Assembly: GCF_030144855.1 (NCBI RefSeq)
Contig: NC_082709.1
Location: forward strand, 148,490,001-148,554,000
Origin: Hypanus sabinus
Lineage: Eukaryota
Length of the DNA: 64,000 nucleotides
Direction: 5' to 3'
In this document: one piece after another, positions 61,110 to 64,000 of the stretch
Numbering within the stretch: position 1 is the stretch's first letter
Layout of the letters: the number at the start of each line of letters is the position of its first letter
Translations under genes and position numbers: made by a program
The notes under the pieces: model-generated
Database searches by the model: none
Seen by the model: only the letters and a program-made list of their open reading frames with translations
What the model was told of the DNA's origin: nothing

Positions 61110-61925
61110 TTGTAAGGCCATAAGACACAAGATATCGGAGCAGAATTCGGCCAGGCCATTTGGCCCATTGAGTCTGTTCCGCCACTTCATCGTGGCTGAT
61201 CCATTTTTCCTCTCAGTCTTCTCCCCATATCCCTTCATGTCCTGACCAATCAAGAATCTGTTAACCACTGCCTTAAATATACATAAAGACGGCCTCCACA
61301 GCTGCCTGTGGCAAAGAATTCCACAGATTTACCACCTTCTGGCTGAAGAAATTCCTCATCTTTGAAAAGGATGTCCCTCTAATCTGAGATTGTGTCCTCT
61401 GGTCTTAGACTCCCACCATAGGAGACATCCTCACCACATCCACTCTATCAAGGCCTTTCACAATTCAATAGGTTTCAATTAGTCACCCCTCATTCTTCAG
61501 AATTCTAGTGAATACAGGCCCAAAGCCATCAAACACTCTTCATATGACAAGCCATTCAAATCTGAATCATTTTTGTGAGTCTCCTTTGAACCTCTCCAGT
61601 TTCAGCATTTCCTTTCAAAGATAGGGGGCACAAACTTGCTCACAATACTCCAAGTGAGGCCTCACCAGTGCTTCATAAAGTCTCAACATTACATCCATGC
61701 TTTTATATTCTAGTCATGATGAAATGAATGCTAACAATACATTTGCCTTCCTCAACATAGACTCAACCTGCAAATTAACCTTTAGGGAATCCTGCACAAG
61801 CACTCCCAAATCCCTTTGTTCCTCACTTCTTTGCATTTTCTCTCCATCTAGAAAATAGTCAACCCTTTCATTTCTTCTACTAAAGTGCATGGCTGTACCT
61901 TTCCCAGCATTGTATTCCATCTGCC
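61110..61925 (-). mobile_element. CR1 3' fragment
   Basis: EQRDLGVLVQDSLKVNLQVE...KANVLLAFIS and CR1 tail. Confidence 0.85.
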
Positions 61926-62427
61926 ACTTCTTTTCCCTGAACTTGGAACCTAAAACTGGAAAGTTACTTGTTTAGAACCCACAATCATTCTGTTCATTAT
62001 GTGCTGTGTCATCTGACATACCCAATCATGGCCTTTCCATGACTATTCTTGGCAATTTCTCTACAGAAATGGTTTAGTGTTGCCTTCTTCTGGGCAGTGT
62101 TTTTACAGGACACCTGACACCAGCCACTATCAATTCTCTTCAGAGTATGTCTGCCTGGTGTCAGTGCTTGTGTAACCAGGATTTGTGATATACACCAGCT
62201 ACTCATACGACCATCCACCACCTTCTCCCATTGCCTCACATGACCCTGACTGGAGGGGACGGGGGAGCTAAGCAGGTGCTACATTGAAAGCAATATAGAT
62301 ATTTGGATGTTTAATGGAGTGACATGAAAGACTCAACAGAATAATAAAGGCTTGCAAAGTTAAAGGGAATGCAGGGATGATTAATAGAGAGAAAACAGTT
62401 GCTAAAGGAAAGAGTTTTTTGAAATTT

Positions 62428-62830
62428 CCATTCAGGACTCCAAACAGTGATGCAGCACTTCACCCATGAATCTGCTGGGGTTATCTGTTTTATCCAGTGC
62501 TCCCAATGCGGCCTCATCTACACTGGTGAGACCATTCATAAGTTGGGGGACCACTGTGTTGCTCACCTCTAGTCCATCTGCCAAATGTGGAACTTCCCTC
62601 CCTCCCTCCCCTCTTCTTCAATTCCCCACTCTGCCCTTTTACCTCTTCTTACCTTCCTAGCACCTCCCCCAGTGCCCCTCCTCCTTCCCTTTCTCCTATG
62701 GTCCACTCTCCTATCCTATCAGATTCCTTTTCTCCAGACCTTTCCCTTTTCCACCCAACTGGCTTCACCTATCACCTTCTAGCTATCCTCTTTCCCTTTC
62801 CCTCACCCCTTTATTCTGGTGCCTTTCCCC
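62428..62830 (+). mobile_element. PLE GIY-YIG 3' fragment
   Basis: cagcacttcacc..tgctcccaatgcggcctcatctacactggtgagacc (CGLIYTGET), similar to 1060-1160. Confidence 0.78.
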
Positions 62831-64000
62831 TTCCTTTCCAGGTGCTCTGAGCTGCAGCTCCTCCGGGAACGTATTTGGGAACTGGAGCTGCAGCTCGATG
62901 ACCTTCAGCTCATACGGGGGAATGAGGAGGTGATAGATAGTCTAGTCACTTTTTATTGTCATTTCGTCCATAACTGCTGGTACAGTACACAGTAAAAACG
63001 AGACAACGTTTTTCAGGACATGTTACATGACACAGTACAAAATCTAGACGGAACTACGTAAAAAAACAACACAGAGAAAGCTACACTAGACTATAGACCT
63101 ACCCAGGACTGCATAAAGTACACAAAACAGTGCAGGCACTACAATAAATAATAAACAAGACTATAGGCACAGTAGAGGGCAGTAAGTTGGTGTCAATTTA
63201 GGCTCTGGGTATTGAGGACTGTGATGACTTGGGGGAAGAAACTGTTACATAGTCTGATCGTGAGAGCTTGAATGCTTCGGTGCCTTTTCCCAGACAGCAG
63301 GAGGGAGAAGAGTTTGTATGAGGGGTGCGTGGGGTCCTTCATAATGCTGTTTGCTTTGCAGATGCAGTGTGTAGTGTAAATGTCCATGATGGCGGGAAGA
63401 GAGACCCTGATGATCTCAGCTGACCTTACCATCCTCTGCAGGGTCTTGAAATCCGAGATGGTGCAATTTCTGAACCAGGCAGTGATGCAGCTGCTCAGGA
63501 TGCTCTCAGTACAACCCCTGTAGAATGTGATGAGGATGAAGAGGGGTGGGAGATGGACTTTCCTCAGCCTTCGCAGAAAGTAGAGATGCTGCTGGGCGTT
63601 CTTTGCTACGGAGCTGGTGTTGAGGGACCAGGTGAGATTCTCTGCTAAGTGAACATCAAGAAATGCTACAGGGAGGTAGACATGCCAAGGTTGGGGGAGG
63701 CAGTTAACAGGGTGACTGTCAGCAGAAGGAAGGGAAATGGGCAGGCAGTGTGAGTATACCTGTAACCACTCCCCTCAATGATAATTATACAACTTTAGAT
63801 ATGATTGAGAGAGGCGACCTATTAGGGGAGAGCAACAGTAACCGGGTCTCTGGCACCGAGTCTGGTGCTGTGGCCCAGAACAGCAGAGAGATGAAGAGGA
63901 CTGTAGTTTTCCCAGTCAGAGGAACAGAGAAGAGGCTCTGTGGGTGTAATACAGACACCTGGATGGTAGGTTGCTTCCTTGATGCCAGGATCAGGGATTT
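62831..64000 (+). mobile_element. CR1 ORF1 region interrupted by a Rex1/Babar-like fragment (62941-63660, minus)
   Basis: ELQLLRERI.ELELQLDDL..IRGNEEVID resumes as YREV..PRLG after the insert. The insert reads ANSIMKDPTHPSYKLFSLLLSGKRHRSI. Confidence 0.78.

Noticed and set aside
1-64000. CRISPR arrays, rRNA genes or prokaryotic operons
   Set aside because: No regularly spaced repeats or rRNA-like sequence. The DNA is spliceosomal-intron-containing vertebrate sequence.

Overview
Vertebrate genomic DNA, most likely from a cartilaginous fish (ray or shark); this is inferred from the repeat families (CR1/HER1-like, Penelope-like, Rex1/Babar, RTE, Hero), not from a database search. The first 31 kb holds the 3' part of one + strand EWI-family immunoglobulin gene, best read as CD101 (IGSF2). 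It has six symmetric phase-1 Ig-V exons (3914-13057), a 14.8-kb TE-filled last intron, a TM/cytoplasmic exon (27836-28053) and a probable 3'UTR to about 30660. The signal peptide and first Ig exon lie upstream of the window. The rest is a nested transposon field with no host gene I can support. It includes a near full-length L1 with a 17-bp TSD, two LTR retrotransposons with TSDs and paired LTRs, a permuted Hero element, and many Penelope-derived tails carrying hammerhead ribozyme cores. Leads worth following: (1) a Gypsy element with no tRNA primer site, whose PBS position instead pairs over 15 nt with its own LTR across the AAUAAA (self-priming or poly(A) occlusion), and whose RT reads YLDN; (2) an internally deleted Gypsy element that keeps one ~760-codon frame despite dead catalytic motifs; (3) ~200-bp hairpin-plus-hammerhead cassettes, one with a 14-bp TSD. 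All family assignments rest on motif recognition, and most TE boundaries without a TSD are approximate.
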